Below, one piece after another: positions 25,501-40,841 of a stretch of DNA of 64,000 nucleotides; the first letter of the stretch is position 1, and each line of letters opens with the position of its first letter. The position numbers and the translations under genes were made by a program. This DNA comes from Entomortierella parvispora E1425 (lineage: Eukaryota; Fungi; Mortierellomycota), in contig BQFW01000002.1 of the NCBI GenBank assembly GCA_020891255.1, positions 744,001 to 808,000 of the forward strand. Reading direction: 5' to 3'. A model generated the notes under the pieces. The model was not told the DNA's origin, searched no databases, and was given only the letters and a program-made list of their open reading frames with translations.

Positions 25501-26624
25501 CAGTCAGTACCGTGTCCTCCATGGCCTCCTCGAGTTCTGTATGGCCCAACTGGTTTGACCTGCATCAGTTGGAAAAGGATGTCTGCGAGGTGGGTGGACA
25601 GCTCGCGAGATCAGCCGTGTTTTCATCCGCATCCTGCTCCCTTAGCAGCAAGTTACCGCTCTCCAGCTCTACTACGTTGACCTCCTTTGCGGATGAGAAC
25701 CGAGAAGGGGCTGGCTCGGGAGTGGGTCGCACTCAAAGCGTGACAAAGCTTCTTTTGAGCTCTAGCACAAACCTGGACATGATGATGTCGGATGAGGAGG
25801 AAGATGGAGGAAACTCGAGGGCAGATGCTCAAGGATCTCATGACAAGAGCACGAGTCAAGTCTTGGTCTTTGACCCGTCTTCCACCTCTTCCTCCCATGG
25901 TCATCTCCACAAAGACCTGTTTTCGAACGAGTCCAATCTCTCTTTGGTACGTTCGGCTTGGTCGTCCTCTTCGGCACGTATCTCGACTTGCAGCTCATCC
26001 TTCAATTCGTTGTCGTCTCCATCCACCTCATCCTCCTCAAACACTCTCCACTCCTCATCATGTCATTCCTTGTCCGAGGACACTGCCATGGACGAATCCT
26101 CGGATCACGACTCGGGTCGGCACTGCCACCGACGTTCCCATCCACCACCCTCTCACCACCACTCCCACGCCCGAGTCCAACAACACACAGAAGACAAAGC
26201 GATCAAAAAGGAGGAATGTGATGAGGAAGACCACCATGATCGCCACGACCACGAACACCCTCGCGAAGCTATGGACAGCACTTCTACCCTCTCCCTTAAT
26301 GACAACCCATTTCGAACCTCGGTTTCGAACGACCTCTCAGTCCCGTACACATCTTCACTCTTAACCGTCCTCCCCTTCTCGGCCCAGCATTCCCATCCCA
26401 TCTTCCCGACCCGCGGTCAAAACCGTCGCCAGGGCTGGTACAGATCGAAATCTGTGGCCTCTCAGGCCCTCACCGAAATCACCGGTGTCGACTATACGAC
26501 GACTTGCTGGTACGATGTTGAACAACTTCAATCAGTTGTGCGAGAGTCCATCTCATTGCAGGAATTGACTGCCTTGAAGTCCTTGGAAGACTTGACTGAA
26601 CCCTGTCGTCACAAAGACTCTTAA
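22509..26624 (+). CDS. Intronless 1371-aa low-complexity (polyQ, Ser-, His-rich) protein of unknown function
   Basis: 4.1-kb uninterrupted ORF with a gccATG start. No recognisable domain. Confidence 0.85.
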   Translation: MLSSHHIQILSNTTSSTPPISSAATSHPYYHDGGEDGRSRKRECATENYDTIMDDRPLLKQEMDEESMDILYDSPKRLHTEGTFGGVQTTIGPLSPKKGTNKAVREKDAMDNSVSKGKKKSISSNSNSGSASNGPKRSQMRKELYIDTDASLHSSSRALATPPCHAESPVTTTAIPGLTPHHQHHLHSHTQHRSRSSGTDADHFEDCVHCNTPPANCKIPMPTVAAAAVGGLARRSSLAMMTPPPSAGLVKSATVHSLYASSLTSSPGPTKSRAPQSNGSSSRRSSVHLSNAAMFTPQNLQQRMHTDGSSYLPTPADLSAQTSTLFSQQQQQQQQQQQQQQQQYQPALQERATPFSTGIHPFDVSSLESWMNPSEITQSIEYMQHLQQQQIQQHQMIQRQQQYQQLQQQQQQQQQKQQQPQAAFTEGCQTFGMLGSMESCVTATLQDLISLATPQQRNTSLIPSSASSSSSNASNAPTKKIAKIKPKKRVGSVPANPAALPPSAMSSLSGSYSYSQQYQAQQPQQLSQPSQQHASSSQSQYHGPAPCGNPSPLYEYLASPTIVPGLEIIGHDFYGNYVQILPICPETTCAMNQDPVYLNLLQAIYAHTIPFLDLAPGSDEEIQTLLNQGAPSAITTQSIQPPFKNLLPYNGPEEGNSNSAASLTAARRHSTPAISRMTSSVSSPAFQQSFYTNELGAGATGGKGLARLNRRASMAAIGQEYSSPLGPASTVRRSSTTVLPSSTSMSLLSNGSSSNNNPAKKKKNTIRTHPYKSTSCFKEDNLMVTEAILNEVGGIGGIGNCATVSATDPRRTKVSEKMVHMSEAEYASHYSRHQSSMNKSSALLNESAPLYAGSTVTTRVLDLMGQDQKQPHYPPQFMSSFMSSSVSAPSFTLAMGALVGGASGQAGSSSQLSSLESTGAVDFIRALSQNGTTGMDFADDTLSRKRSVSRAPSTVVSATLENPDSFPDQGLQRLENLMLMDDAAAAAIHAAAVASTTPVSTVSSMASSSSVWPNWFDLHQLEKDVCEVGGQLARSAVFSSASCSLSSKLPLSSSTTLTSFADENREGAGSGVGRTQSVTKLLLSSSTNLDMMMSDEEEDGGNSRADAQGSHDKSTSQVLVFDPSSTSSSHGHLHKDLFSNESNLSLVRSAWSSSSARISTCSSSFNSLSSPSTSSSSNTLHSSSCHSLSEDTAMDESSDHDSGRHCHRRSHPPPSHHHSHARVQQHTEDKAIKKEECDEEDHHDRHDHEHPREAMDSTSTLSLNDNPFRTSVSNDLSVPYTSSLLTVLPFSAQHSHPIFPTRGQNRRQGWYRSKSVASQALTEITGVDYTTTCWYDVEQLQSVVRESISLQELTALKSLEDLTEPCRHKDS
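23482..23766 (+). repeat. CAG/CAA polyQ tracts within the 1371-aa ORF
   Basis: Direct triplet runs near 23490-23535 and 23720-23765. Confidence 0.9.
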
Positions 26625-26796
26625 AAAGAAATAAAAAGGATTATATTACATTTTCTCTTTTATTTTTATCATATCGAAACGGCTGAGTATAGGGTTGGAT
26701 GGTATCGTCGACAAGATATCTTTAAAAAACAAAAAAGAAACAAAAGTAGTAGTGGCAACATACCCTTGATCTGAAAATCACAGAAAAAGAAATTCT

Positions 26797-28469
26797 TTAA
26801 AGACGAGCCATGAACTCTGAGCTCTCCTTTGCGCGGACAGACTGAACCTCCTCCTCAGTCACTTCACGAGCCTCGATAGCAGGGTTGTAACCGAAACGCT
26901 TGCGAGAGTCAACATACTTGGGCGAGGATCCAAGCTCGGCCTTCTTATACAAGGAGATAACAACGGCTCCACCGAGACCGACGTTGTGCTGAAGGGCGTA
27001 CTTGCAGTTGGGAACCTGGCGATCACCGCACCAGCCACGGATCTGCCAGACCAACTCGGAGCACTGGGCCAAGCCAGTGGCGCCGAGAGGGTGACCCTTG
27101 GAGATCAAACCGCCGGAGGGGTTGACGACGTACTTGCCACCGAAAGAGACATCGTTGGTGTCAATCAACTTGTGAGCCTCACCGGGCTTGCAGAGTCCAA
27201 GAGCATCATAGGTGATCAGCTCGTTGGCAGAGAAGCAATCGTGCAACTCGACAACCTGAACATCGGTTCCCTGGATGCCGGCCTTGGCGTAGACCTCCTT
27301 GGCAGCACGGCGGGTCATGTCAGCACCAGCCAACTCGATCGACGACTCGTTGAAGAGCTTGGGAGAGTCAGTGGCCATGCTCTGAGCAACCAACTCCACA
27401 GCCTGGTCCTGCAAGTTGTTCTCACGAACAAACTTCTCCGAGGCCAAGATAACACAGGCAGATCCATCCGAGGTAGGGCAGCACTGCAACTTGGTCAAAG
27501 GTCCGAAGACTTTAGCAGACTTCTCAACTTGCTCCAATGTGTAAATATCCCTGAACTGGGAGTAGGGGTTCAAGGCTGAATGACGATGGTTCTTCTCGGC
27601 GATCTTGGCCATGTGCTGAGGGGTGGCACCGTACTTCTCGCAGTACTCGATACCGGCATTACCGAAGATCTGGGCAGCAAAAGGTCCAGCGGTGATGCCG
27701 CGAGTTTCGCTCATCATGGAAACGGTCTTGTCCAAGGGGTTGGTGCGGTCCTGGAACTTGGATCCGAGCGAACCGGCCTCCATCTTTTCAAATCCGAGGG
27801 CCATGGTGCAGTCATAGACACCAAACTCGATTGCCTGACGAGCCAAGTAAAGGGCGGTCGATCCAGTGGAGCAGTTGTTGTTGACGTTCACGATGGGGAT
27901 CTATTTAAATGGGTATGAGGAATGGTCAGTAATGAATCTGGAGGCGGTCAATCTGCTGGTCAAGTAAAGTATCCTCAGTCGTCTTTTTACCTGGTGCATG
28001 CCGAGCTGGTAGAGGACACGCTGACCGCAGGTGCTGTCACCATAGCAGTATCCGACAGCAGCCTAGAGAAGGGTGGAAAGAGTGTGTGGAGAAGACGAGA
28101 GTCAGGAAGGTGAATGGACAACAAACAGCTCGGTTGAACAAATAGGCGAACCGATCCGTGAATTATAAATCTGTGAGAACTTGAAACCGTCTGGTTTGAA
28201 GAGCGTCTTTGGAAGAACCATACCTGCTGGACCTTGTCATAGGTGATTCCGGCATCCAAGAGGGCCTTGGTGGCAGCCTCACGACCCATGTCTAATCAAG
28301 GAATAAAAAAAAGACGACTCAGTTTGTCAGTCAAGAGAGCTCGTGTCAATGGACCCAGTTGAAAGTGCTTGTCGGAGTGGATGTTTTTACCAGGGTAGTC
28401 TCTCAAGTCTCTGGGCTTGATGAACTTGGTCATGCCGACACCGACGACGTAGACTTTCTGGGAAGGCAT
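26797..28469 (-). CDS. SCP2: SCP2-type (SCPx/daf-22-like) peroxisomal thiolase without fused SCP2 domain; exons 28469-28391, 28291-28224, 28062-27991, 27900-26797
   Basis: [11 protein letters not shown], active-site [25 protein letters not shown] and QHNVGLGG. Ends in ARL, a PTS1. Confidence 0.93.
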
Positions 28470-29378
28470 TGTGAAAGTAAAGATGGGTAGAGTTGGGAGG
28501 GTGGGAGAGCGAGGATGGGATGGAGATGAGGAATGTGGAGAAGAGAGAGGGAGGCCCACCTCTTTATACTTTGCTTGGTGGATCACACGTGCCATTTTGA
28601 GCCGAGTTTTTTTTTTTTTTTTCGCTGGCTCCCAATGGAGCCTGCTGCGAGGTCCCAGGGGGCACGCAGGCGGCGGATCCCTCTCCCTCCTTCCCATCCT
28701 CGTCCTCGTCTTCCTTCTCTCCTTCAGAAGTTTGCATCTCAGGATCGCTGTCCGGTTCAGAAACAGCGGGTGAGCGCAGAAAAAGTCTCTACATGTACCG
28801 TTCCGCGACGGAAGCAAAGTGGGCCAGTGATTTTTGAAGCGGTTGGTTCTTTTTTCACGGATCAAACAAATCAACAAATTCAATCCAACCGAATAAAGTG
28901 GCGCCCCAAAGAGCCATAGTTGACCGTGCAAGCGACGCGACAAAATGAACAAGGACCTGTCTGACAGACCATCTTGCAATAGTCCATATCCATTGTGGTC
29001 AAATTTGAAGTTGCTGAGAATGATAGGTCCGAGAGACGCCAAATATTGGGATCGGGAGGAGGGAGCTTCGAAAATGGGAGAGCGAAGGACAAAACTGTTG
29101 CTACGACGGGATCGTACTAAGAGAGAGAGATAACATATCGCCGTATCATCTCTGAAAATACCATCCTTTTCTACCCACTGCGCGGAAACGGGATGCCAGT
29201 TGATGGTCGTGCGTCCAGTCAACCAGTCAATCGGCCCAGACGGTGCCAACTTAAGGGTTTACCGCCTACACTGTCTGCCCAAAATCGCCACCAACTCTCT
29301 CGAGTCGCAATGTTCCCCTCATTTGACTCAGTTCCGCATCTGCTGTAGTTCACCCCTTCAGGAACCAACACATTAACC

Positions 29379-32037
29379 ATGTACAAACACCTATCAAGAC
29401 CTACACTGCCCGAGGCTTCCCAAGCTGTAGCCGAGCGAGAGGAGATTGACGATTATGAATTAGGAGAGACATTGGGCGTAGGAGCATACGCTGTGTAGGT
29501 TCTTCTCACTCCCATTCTTCATTCATTCAATGAAAACAATACATTCACGCGAATGTCAACAAAAATAACCATAATGTCTAACCGGTACGTCCTCAACGGT
29601 GAAAAATAGCGTTCGATTGGCCACTCATAAAACCACCGCCGTCAAAGCCGCCGTGAAGATCATTCCCAAAGATCCCAAGGAAGGACTGGAGAAAACTGTC
29701 CAGAAGGAGTTGACTATTCATAAGGGCCTCAAACATAGGAATATTTCTCGGTTCTTGAAATCTAGAGAAGAACCCGAGTGTCTATACTTGTTTGTCGAAT
29801 ACGCCGCTGCAGGAGAACTTTTCGACAAGATTGGTAAGGGGGACCGAGGATGACTTTGCTCCCATTGCCACTTCTATATCAGTCTGGCATGGCTAACACT
29901 TTGTTTTTTTATAGAGCCGGATCGTGGCATTCAGGAAGACTTGGCCCATCTTTACTTTATTCAATTGTTGGCAGGAGTGGTAGGAGCTCGCTTTATTTGT
30001 TGATCGTATATGATACAATTGGGTCGGCAGACCCGTTCGCCAATTGAGTATTAACGAGTAATCTCGATCCTTCTTGTAGCAACATATGCACAACCTTGGT
30101 ATCTCGCACCGTGACTTGAAGCCAGAGAACATTCTCCTGGACGCATCAGGTATGACCACCACAGAGAGATAGAAAAGCAGGAATCTGTTATAGGAAGCTA
30201 CAGCATGTTAACATCGTCCTCACCATTTACCATTTTCAGGAACACTCAAGATCTCTGATTTTGGGTTGGCGACAGTTTTCAGATATGGAGGACGGTGTCG
30301 GCCCCTACAAACACCTTGTGGGAGCGCACCGTACGTAGCCCCCGAGGTCCTAGAAGAGCAATACAGTGGCGATTCGGTCGATGTTTGGTCTTGTGGCGTA
30401 ATCCTCTACGTCATGATGGTCGGAAGTAAGTGGCAGCTGTCTCTCGTCTATTGAAGTTCGAGACTGAGTACGTGTCCCTAATCTTCGCGTTTCCTTTTCT
30501 GCACGTTTCAACTCGTTAGACACGCCGTGGGAATTGCCTTCAACAGACAGTGAAGAGTTCAGCCTGTATGTACAGAGTGGCGAAAATCCTACACACGAGC
30601 CTTGGAATAGACTTCAAGGGCCAGTACGAAGTATGTAACATCTGGGTTGAATTGTCAAGACTATAGATCTGTGGAATGTCTTCTAACTGGATACAACTCG
30701 TATCTTCAGAGCTTTTACTTAGCATGCTAAAGATTAATCCTTCCAAGAGGATAACGATCAAGGCCATTCTAAAAGACGAGTGGTATCAGAGGTATGGTAT
30801 ACGCGGTACGATGGACCACGGGTTTTTTTGACGTGATGATTGCTACCCTAGCAGGTGCTGACCTTATTTTATCCGTACTTATTTTTATAGACCAAACCCG
30901 CTTCTTACAAATGGTACGGAAGAGGGACAGTTTGAAATGAGAAAGAGGCGACAGGAAAAAGACTGGACTGGCATTGACTGATGCGAAATGTTGTTCTCCC
31001 TCTTTTTCTTTTTTGCTACTTGCTTGACCTATAGGCCAAGTGAACGATCCAGTACAGCTAGCTTCTATGCTCATGGAGAATGTGAGCGAGTCGTGCTCCC
31101 CAGTGTAAGCGTCCAAAGTGTTCAAGAGGGCGTTGGTCATGGAAGTTATGTAGATTGACTGTGTAAACGCTGACTCTGCATGTTTTATTCTCTGTTTCCC
31201 TTCTAGTGTTGCATACTCACAGCCGCTTCACACTGGAAGGATAGCACCCAGTCAAAGTGCTGTCTTTGATCACAGGAGATACGCTTCATCACAGCCTGCA
31301 AGGAATAATGAGAGGGCCTCTGATAGTTCTCTGGGTGCAAGGATTGCGATATCATGGCAGGATGAGGCTCTTGAGTTATCACAACCGGTAAGCCAGGATG
31401 TCACCCTGTCAGCCTGCCAATGGTATTCCGCCCTATGTAGAAAATATTAACATGTTCTACTGCTTTGCTCTGATATGTAGACTACTCAATTGACAGAGGC
31501 AACTTTCTTGGAGGTGTTTTCGTCCGAGCGACTGACCCGTTTCTTTTCAGAAACAGACCCAAGTCAGATCATTGAGGCGCTGGATGATGCCATGGTCAGC
31601 AACCTGGTCGCACATACTGTCCACGAGAGCTTACAAAAGGTAATAGGGAGACGCGTTGGATCGGGACAAGTTCCTTTGTTGGTGTCAGTGAGTAATCTTT
31701 TCTATATGAATGGCTGCTGTCCTTTTAGATTTCGATTTCTACTACCGATCAAAGAAGGTGTTTCTTGACTGGTGAGGTCAAGGTGGTCCCATATGGACCC
31801 AGCAGTCATTTGGTCATGTTTGTGAAGAGTCGGGTACGTTCTACATCACCGTGATGGTTGTGTATAGTATTACAGTATTCAAGCAGAGAAAGAGAGTACT
31901 GACACTGCACGCGTTTTATCCTGTTCAAATGGGGATGATAGGGTGATCCTCTCGAGTGGAAGAGAATGTTCAAGGCCCTTGTGTCAGCGCTGGAGGAGGC
32001 AGAGAATCCTATCCATGTAGAGATGTCCCCCATCTAG
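29379..32037 (+). CDS. CHK1: Checkpoint kinase Chk1 (about 12 exons)
   Basis: Spliced [45 protein letters not shown] and [12 protein letters not shown] motifs (YSQP, SSQP, LSQP). C-terminal RLTRFFS and [11 protein letters not shown] of the KA1 domain. Confidence 0.93.
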
Positions 32038-32183
32038 TTCATACCAAAGAATAGATATAAATCATACACATAAATGAAAAAAACAGCGTGACTGCGAGGA
32101 CAACAAACGGACGCGCTGTTGGCACGAACGGTGGCTTGGCTGGCACACCAGCCAGATCACCGCATTGCAGTGTGCTCTCTGGC

Positions 32184-32203
32184 TGTGTGTGTGTGTGTGT
32201 GTC
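32184..32203. repeat. (TG)n microsatellite between CHK1 and ISWI
   Basis: Direct dinucleotide run. Confidence 0.85.
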
Positions 32204-32481
32204 TGCCTTTCCCTTTCCCTTTCCCTTTGCTCCCATTCCTTCGTTCCATCATTCCCCACCCCCGTCATCCCACAACACATCACTGCTCTCCACTTCACCT
32301 TATCACCTTATCACCGGTCTCGCCTAGCTTGCATCCCTCCTCCCTTCCCTCTGCAGCCTACCCCGACCGCCCCCACAAGGAGACTCTTTCCCCTGTCCCC
32401 TTCTCTCCACTTCTCTACTCTTCTCTACTCTTCTCAACTATCATTCTTTAAACAAAAGACAAAAACCCGAAACGCGTCAAA

Positions 32482-36707
<4,226 letters not shown>

Positions 36708-36982
36708 AAGGAAGGAGATGCATTGTCATATGTTTTCTTGAATTGTTTCTTTTGTCTCTACACTTTACAACAAAAATCTCTACCCAGAAGTACTTTACTT
36801 TTTTTTGCACATCCAAATTGTTTGCTTGCTTGTTGCACCTTTACCTGCCCTCTTTCAACCCTCCTTCCCCTAGTCTGTTAGAAATGAAGAAAAAAAAATC
36901 GAACAAAATATCATTTTTTCCTAAAAAAAAAAAAAAAAAAAAAAGGACCGCGACATTGTATTTGTATGTGAACGGCACCTTT

Positions 36983-37810
36983 TTATTCTGCCAGAGTTTG
37001 AATGTGGAGCTTGAGGTTGAGACCAAACAGGTCGCGGAGGGAATCTCTATACGTCCGAAAATGTGTTTGAATCTTGGGTATCTGGTCGGGTTGGGCTGCA
37101 AACGCAGTCAGCAGCTGCGGCGGCTCGCTGTCCACTTGTCCATTCCTTGAAGCAGATGCGGACGAAATAGGTGAAGGTGGGGTTGGTTGATTCCAGTACG
37201 ATACCTCGATCATTTGTTGCATCTCTGCTTGTGTGGTGGGTAGCCGGCCTGGATAATCCAACAGGACCGCCAGATCCGACTCGGATATCAGTCTAGAGTT
37301 TTCATCCTGGTCTTGTGATGAGGATGTTGTTGCTGTTCTAGGCGGACAAATTCGATTGATGGTACCATGAAGCAAGGCAGCTTGAGGATGCCTCTGAATG
37401 GTCGCGGGGGACCAGATGAGGACACAACCCTGCAAAGGCATCTCTTGCGACGCGATATCTTTTGTAATCAATCGACATTCCAGGGTCAGAGTCGCGTTGT
37501 TGCTCTGATCGTGTGTCCTTCCATCCGCTCCAAAGAGGTTTTCCTGGTCCAGAACCTTGCGCTTGAAATCCAGTGTCAGGGATGGGCTTGGCATCTGGAC
37601 CAACATGGCTGGCTTGAGCCCTGCCAACACAAACGCAAATTCTCCAGAGTGCAATGAACAATTTTCGAGACTCTCTGCCGTGATTTGTTGTTGTTGTTGT
37701 TGTTGTTGCTGTTGCTTTTGAAGCTGTTGTTGTCGGTCATATTGTTGGATCCATAAAAGCTCCGCATCCCGGAAACGCGTGTACATACGTGCTAGACTGG
37801 ATGGGTCCAT
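36983..37810 (-). CDS. Intronless 275-aa hypothetical protein with polyQ tract
   Basis: Clean ATG-to-stop ORF with globular-looking blocks (GEFAFVLAGLKPAMLVQ, LAVLLDYPGRLP, IEVSY, HFRTYRD). Converges on ISWI. Confidence 0.75.
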   Translation of the reverse strand: MDPSSLARMYTRFRDAELLWIQQYDRQQQLQKQQQQQQQQQQITAESLENCSLHSGEFAFVLAGLKPAMLVQMPSPSLTLDFKRKVLDQENLFGADGRTHDQSNNATLTLECRLITKDIASQEMPLQGCVLIWSPATIQRHPQAALLHGTINRICPPRTATTSSSQDQDENSRLISESDLAVLLDYPGRLPTTQAEMQQMIEVSYWNQPTPPSPISSASASRNGQVDSEPPQLLTAFAAQPDQIPKIQTHFRTYRDSLRDLFGLNLKLHIQTLAE

Positions 37811-40800
37811 TTCCGTCCTTTTGTGGCTCGTCGGGCAATAACTTGTGTATCTGGATGAAGGAAAAAAAAAAGAACCCAGGAAAGGGAAAGGACTTCCTTT
37901 GGGTGGCTGAGCAAATCGAGAAAGATATCACATGATCCCTCTTGCGAGAATTTGGTGGCGCATGCACCAGGGGAAAAAAGAAAACACAGTTGAATCTTGA
38001 CCCTGGCGGAGAAGAAGCGGCGCAAAGATGTGGAGCGTGGAGTTTGGATCTGGACTTGAAGGTGGCCCTGCGCCGCTAACCCCGAAAAGAATCAGAAATT
38101 GTAAAAAATAGCCGTTTTTCAACTGCTGTGGTGGAGGTGGGGAAAAGCGTGGATCTGGAATTGTTGAATATTGTAACTATTGTAACTGGGATCAAAGAAG
38201 TGATACAACGACGATCGCCAAGTGAAGTTGATGAGTGTAGAGGGTTCAAGAGAATCAGATGAAAAGAATATGTAAAGACTCCCTCTTGAAGTCCGATAGA
38301 AAGCCGCTGATCTTACAAAGATCAAACAGATCGATCCCATCGATCGTTTGTCCATCGTGGACAAGATCATTCCACTTCAGAAGGGCGTTGTCGGGGTTCC
38401 GAAATGGCTGACCTATTGTTTGAGTGGATCAATGTCCATTCAATGTTCGTGGGTCCTCTCTCTACCCCTTCCTTCATTTTTTTTGCATCTGGACTTTGAA
38501 ACCTGTGTGAGAGAAGTGGTACTTGAACACGGAGCAAAAACCTGAGAGAAGCACGCAATTGGGGCAAGAAGAGTGAAATAAATCCGTTCCCCGACTCACT
38601 GTTCGACGATCGATCGCGTCCCACAAAAGGGGAAGACAGTGGCTCTTTTTGGCTCTTGTTATTGTTGTTGTTGACCGAGACCAGGAGAAAGAGAGGGAGG
38701 GGGAGGGTTCCTTTGTTCTTTATTATTGCCACGATGCGGAGAGGATAACAGATCGACAGGGGAGATGGCGCTAATGTTCAAAGCAAGAAGGATCGAGACC
38801 CTCAAATGGTAACTTTACCCCACACAATTTTCATTTTCCTAGTTCAATTGCCTCAATACCAAAGCGCAGACTGGATTGTGTTGTGAAGGTTTTCATCTCT
38901 CCCCAAAAAAGTGGGAGTCGCACTCATACACACAGAGTTGGGTTAAACAACTCGACTAGAATTTTACCAACGACTTCACTACCCTAACAACTGATGGGAG
39001 GAAGTGCGTAGAAAAAAAAAAAAAACTGGGCAAGCGAGCAAACGAGGGCTCTTTGGCATGTTGTTCATCTGGAGTCGCTGATTCAATCGTCCAAGCAATG
39101 AGGCGAAAAGAAACCTGCTCCTTTTTGTTCAATTCAGTTGCTTGCTCGCTCGTTATTATTATTGCCACGCTTTGGTCCTCAGCTGATACAAGGGACCAAT
39201 GCTTCCGCATGGCGTGTACCACACCATGTGTTTGGTCTAGGCAGGGAAGGGATGACAGACCAGGAAAATTCTTCATCGCAGCAGCGTGTTCGTGGTGCAA
39301 ATTGAACCGTGCAGTTATTGTCAAGCCATGTGGACTGTGGAGCGGTGAGACGAGGTACTGTAGGTTGCAGGGCTTTTTGTCTTTTGGCCCAACGTACATG
39401 TACCAGCCATGAACAGTTTTTGTTTACCGCCGCTTTTTTTTTGTTTTGTTATTTTTGTGTTAAGGTGTTGTGTAGGGGAGCGGAACTTCAACAGAAGTCG
39501 CGCAGAGATGGGAACGAGTGGGTGCCACAGCAACTTTTTGTATTTTGCGCTTTTTGGCCAGGTTCAGGCACGCCCCACAAATTTCCCACGCATCGTCTTC
39601 TTTTGGAAGGACAGAGCAGAAAGTAAAATTTCTGTCGTATTTATTTTCATTGGGGGAGGAGACAACAAAGAGAGAAACGAGTGGGAGTGAGTCGCTGTCT
39701 TGGATAGACAAAACGGTCCTCCACGGAGAAAAAAAAACATGGACAATGACAGCAACGATGACCATCATGGACCATGACGAACAGGCCGGACAAATCTCTG
39801 CGCTGCCGGATGGATGGCAGGTCGAGTGAAAAGGGAGAATTATACCGCAGGGTAATTGTGTTTATCCCTTTCGCCTTTCAATGGGCAGCTGGTCCTACTT
39901 CCAATTTTGGACCTTGCTCCGAAGAGAGAAAAAAAAATTCATCATGACCGTCTGCCTTGATGAGCTCGCCTTTTTGTCCAGTCTACGCTATTTCATTCTG
40001 CTGTCAAAGCACTGACATGTTCTCGTTTTGTTGAGAATGGCCAGGTCCTCTGTTGGATGACACCCACATGGCGAAATGAAAAGGGAAAAGGGGGTCAGGT
40101 CCATTTGTGTGGGGTTGGGTGTCAATTTTTCAATTGGAGCGCGCGAATTGGCCCTGCAGGCGAGTCTAAAACACGGTCAGTCGACAAGGGAGTAGATCGA
40201 GGGTGGGCACGATCCACTTGCTTGCAAATAAGTGGCAGAAAACAGCAAGAAAGCGAAAGAGAAATGAGCCAGAAGTAGCTGGCGACAGTGGCGTCGACAG
40301 TGGCAGTATATTGTAGGCGTTGGCTTGGTTAGTCATTGCTTGCAGTGGATTGCAAAGAAGCAACCATGGCAGCAGTGCCTTGGAAGTGAGGATACACTAG
40401 AGAATGTACTGCTGTGGGAGCGAGAGGAGGCATCCTTGGGAGGAGAGTGAAGCTCAGCACCCCATTTACGCCAGGTGGGTCCTGGAGAAGCCAGAGTGGG
40501 GTAGCAGAGCAAGGTGGGGCAAGGATAGTACAGTAGCGAAGCGAGGCGAGGCGCGGCAAGAAGGCAAGGCGGCCCCCACGGAAGGACGGAAGTCGAGCAG
40601 CCGAGGGTCCTCAAGACGACGACGACGAACGAGCGAACGAACAAACGACGACTGAACGAACCACTCCACCCCCACGGCTGATGTGATTCGAGCGAAGCAA
40701 TTGAATTGAAACTATTTTTATTCTCCAGATTCCCTTTTATTCGCCTGCCTTCGTCGCTCTTTTCCTCTCTTTTCTCTTCTTCTCCTCTTCATCATCCCCA

Positions 40801-40841
40801 CTCTCCCCTCCCCTTCTCTTTTCTTCACATAACATACAGCC

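Noticed and set aside
28800-32480. MCB-like elements near CHK1 (ACGCGA at about 28935) and ISWI (ACGCGT at 32472)
   Set aside because: Single short matches, one only about 10 nt from the ATG, and not distinguishable from chance.
39746-39829. LPDGWQ resembling the start of a WW domain
   Set aside because: A stop follows immediately and no plausible splice restores the rest of the domain.
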